A stretch of 42,209 bases of DNA from Haemophilus parainfluenzae (GTDB lineage Bacteria > Pseudomonadota > Gammaproteobacteria > Enterobacterales > Pasteurellaceae), in assembly GCA_916720325.1 (NCBI GenBank), contig CAKAQT010000001.1:1-42209 (forward strand), read 5' to 3'. Each line of letters opens with the position of its first letter. The stretch's first letter is position 1. The notes beneath the pieces were generated by a model. That model worked only from the letters and a program-made list of their open reading frames with translations. It was not told where the DNA came from and searched no databases. This document shows positions 40,039-42,209 of this stretch, piece by piece. The position numbers and the translations under genes are program-made.

Positions 40039-40605
40039 ATGGCTACATATACTACCAGTGATTTCAAACCAGGTCTAAAATTTATGCAAGACGGTGAGCC
40101 TTGTGTGATCGTTGAAAACGAATTCGTTAAACCAGGTAAAGGCCAAGCTTTTACTCGTACTCGTATTCGTAAATTAATTTCAGGCAAAGTATTAGATGTA
40201 AACTTCAAATCTGGTACTTCGGTTGAAGCTGCTGATGTTATGGATCTTAACCTGACTTATTCATACAAAGATGATGCATTCTGGTACTTCATGCACCCAG
40301 AAACATTTGAACAATACTCTGCTGATGCAAAAGCAGTGGGTGATGCAGAAAAATGGTTATTAGACCAAGCAGATTGTATCGTGACTTTATGGAACGGTGC
40401 GCCAATTACTGTCACTCCACCAAACTTCGTAGAATTAGAAATCATCGATACTGACCCTGGTCTTAAAGGTGATACTGCGGGTACAGGCGGTAAACCAGCA
40501 ACATTAAGTACTGGTGCAGTGGTGAAAGTACCTCTTTTCGTTCAAATCGGTGAAGTAATTAAAGTCGATACTCGTTCAGGCGAATACGTTTCTCGTGTGA
40601 AATAA
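40039..40605 (+). CDS. efp: Elongation factor P
   Basis: [25 protein letters not shown]. Confidence 0.99.
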   Translation: MATYTTSDFKPGLKFMQDGEPCVIVENEFVKPGKGQAFTRTRIRKLISGKVLDVNFKSGTSVEAADVMDLNLTYSYKDDAFWYFMHPETFEQYSADAKAVGDAEKWLLDQADCIVTLWNGAPITVTPPNFVELEIIDTDPGLKGDTAGTGGKPATLSTGAVVKVPLFVQIGEVIKVDTRSGEYVSRVK

Positions 40606-40727
40606 TCTTTCATTGAGAGATAAAAAGAGCGGTCAATATTTGATAAATATTGGCCGTTTTTTATTGCCTGCTCATTAGTTTCATAGAGATAAAAAAATGC
40701 GGTTATTTCTAACCGCACTTTGATTGA

Positions 40728-41231
40728 TTATTTCGCTTTTGAGCCTTCTAAATCTAAAGAAGGTTTTCTATCTGAGTTAACACAAATGATTTGTGCCGCC
40801 GCATAGAGCGTTGTATTCGGTTTTAAGCTAATGGTGTATTTCTCTTGTTTTTTTGGTGCAGCACGTAAACCTTCGCCCCAGAAATCATCATAAAAATCAG
40901 TACGAACTTGGGTTAAATGGTAGTTCTTACAGTTTAAGATTTTATATTGGCGAACAGAACGTGCATAACGTCTTTTCTCATTTGGATACACATATAAACC
41001 TTTATCCAAATTCACCACCGCATCAAAATGCACTTGGTTTAAATCTTGGTTGTCCACCCAAATTGAATCGGTATCAATGTAGTAATTTTTATCTTTTACT
41101 AATCGCACATACCCTACTCTATCTTTTGAAGGGGGGGTTAATGTCACCTCTTCTTGTGTAACTGGCGATTGAACAGCTGAACAGCCTGCTAAAAGGGCTA
41201 CACCTAAAAACGTTAATGCTAATTTTTTCAT
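40728..41231 (-). CDS. Surface-adhesin E (Protein E) family lipoprotein
   Basis: Lipobox LAGC; VHFDAVVNLDKGLYVYP...RYARSVRQYKILNC.NYHLTQVRTDFYD.FWG.GLRAAPKKQ matches H. influenzae Protein E; adjacent to pflA. Confidence 0.88.
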   Translation of the reverse strand: MKKLALTFLGVALLAGCSAVQSPVTQEEVTLTPPSKDRVGYVRLVKDKNYYIDTDSIWVDNQDLNQVHFDAVVNLDKGLYVYPNEKRRYARSVRQYKILNCKNYHLTQVRTDFYDDFWGEGLRAAPKKQEKYTISLKPNTTLYAAAQIICVNSDRKPSLDLEGSKAK

Positions 41232-41284
41232 TTTTCCTCCTTAAAGCTTTCTAAAGCCTGCTGTTAATCTTTTTACACCTTAGC

Positions 41285-42025
41285 TTAATATTTTACCGTA
41301 TGTCCATATCCTTCAAGGATTGTTTTAATATGCTCAAGTGATTCTTTTGTCGGCGGTAAAACATCTTCGAGCTCATAGTCAAAGCCAAGGGTTTTCCATT
41401 TATGAGCGCCTAATCGATGATAAGGGAGAAGTTCGACTTTTTCAATATTGGTCATACCTTCAATAAACTGTCCGAGCAGATGAACATCATGATCGTTATC
41501 GGTATAACCTGGAACTACTACATAACGAATCCAGGTACGCTGATTACGTTTTTGCAGATATTTCGCAAATTCCAGCGTCCGTTTATTTGGTACACCTATA
41601 AGGTTCTGGTGCACTTGATCGTTCAGTTCTTTTAAATCAAGCAAAACAAGATCGGTTACATCGATCAGTTCATCAATAATGTGATCATAATGACGTACAA
41701 ACCCATTAGTATCTAAACAAGTATTAATGCCTTCTGCTTTACAAGCTCGGAACCAATCTCGTACAAACTCAGCTTGAAGAATGGCTTCACCACCTGATGC
41801 TGTTACACCACCACCGGTTGCATTCATAAAATGGCGATAGCTCACGACTTCTTTCATGAGTTCTTCCACACTGATTTCACGACCACCATCAAGATCCCAA
41901 GTATCACGATTGTGGCAATATTTGCAACGCATTAAACAGCCTTGCATAAATAAAATAAAACGAATGCCGGGACCATCAACGGTTCCACAGGATTCAAAGG
42001 AGTGAATTCTTCCTAGAACAGACAT
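41285..42025 (-). CDS. pflA: Pyruvate formate-lyase activating enzyme
   Basis: [33 protein letters not shown]. Confidence 0.98.
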   Translation of the reverse strand: MSVLGRIHSFESCGTVDGPGIRFILFMQGCLMRCKYCHNRDTWDLDGGREISVEELMKEVVSYRHFMNATGGGVTASGGEAILQAEFVRDWFRACKAEGINTCLDTNGFVRHYDHIIDELIDVTDLVLLDLKELNDQVHQNLIGVPNKRTLEFAKYLQKRNQRTWIRYVVVPGYTDNDHDVHLLGQFIEGMTNIEKVELLPYHRLGAHKWKTLGFDYELEDVLPPTKESLEHIKTILEGYGHTVKY

Positions 42026-42079
42026 ACATAAATTTCCAAAAAATAAATCTAGCTAAATTTTACCAAAAATATCATCTAT

Positions 42080-42111
42080 AAAAAATGAGCCTGACTTAAA
42101 ATCAGGCTCAT
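42080..42111 (-). terminator. pflB terminator
   Basis: ATGAGCCTGA-N7-TCAGGCTCAT with a T run on the minus strand. Confidence 0.75.
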
Positions 42112-42155
42112 AATTTTTATGTTCCCGCTAAAGTGCGGTTAAATTTTATCGTGTT

Positions 42156-42209
42156 TTAGAACGATTCTGTGAATGTACGAGTTACGACGTCTTGTTGTTG
42201 CTCTTTAGT
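42156..42209 (-). CDS. pflB: Pyruvate formate-lyase, 3' end only
   Basis: Minus strand reads TKEQQQDVVTRTFTESF-stop; lies upstream of pflA. Confidence 0.88.
   Translation of the reverse strand, partial: TKEQQQDVVTRTFTESF

Larger units (their letters stand above)
839..42139. repeat. Dispersed Hin-type DNA uptake signal sequences (AAGTGCGGT)
   Basis: About 25 perfect cores counted by eye, e.g. 839, 2273, 3275, 5450, 6464, 8348, 9488, 22099, 22116, 22674, 25694, 26982, 27161, 28115, 28811, 29616, 29645, 30747, 31397, 32208, 35700, 37376, 38949, 40712, 42131. Confidence 0.95.

Noticed and set aside
40002..40039. Very short divergent epmB-efp gap
   Set aside because: This arrangement is conserved in gammaproteobacteria

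Overview
Pasteurellaceae chromosome segment, most consistent with Haemophilus parainfluenzae: Hin-type uptake sequences AAGTGCGGT throughout the core genes, oapA/oapB, a Protein E homologue, and a polysaccharide locus in the glnA-pepB slot. From left to right: (1) glyQ followed not by glyS but by co-oriented cargo genes (nitrobindin-like beta-barrel, COG4545 glutaredoxin-like protein, orphan membrane protein, secreted histidine acid phosphatase). (2) A BtuB/F/C/D-like uptake operon with no cobalamin riboswitch, interrupted by a terminator and by a 170-bp inverted-repeat (MITE/REP-like) element. (3) ndk-pepB. (4) A 12-kb AT-rich ABC-transporter-type O-antigen cluster with no perfect uptake sequence seen (rmlBADC, wzm, wzt, RgpF-like polymerase, Tll-like reductase, O-acyltransferase, two GT2s, wbaP). 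It probably makes an O-acetylated 6-deoxy-L-talose glycan like the Aggregatibacter actinomycetemcomitans serotype c antigen. (5) Housekeeping genes glnA, typA, rdgC, proC, hcaT, xerD, glycerate kinase plus GntP permease, dgkA, relA, rlmD, recO, oapB, oapA, epmB, efp, Protein E, pflA and the 3' end of pflB. No rRNA, tRNA, CRISPR, prophage or transposase was seen. All family calls come from motif recognition, not database searches.
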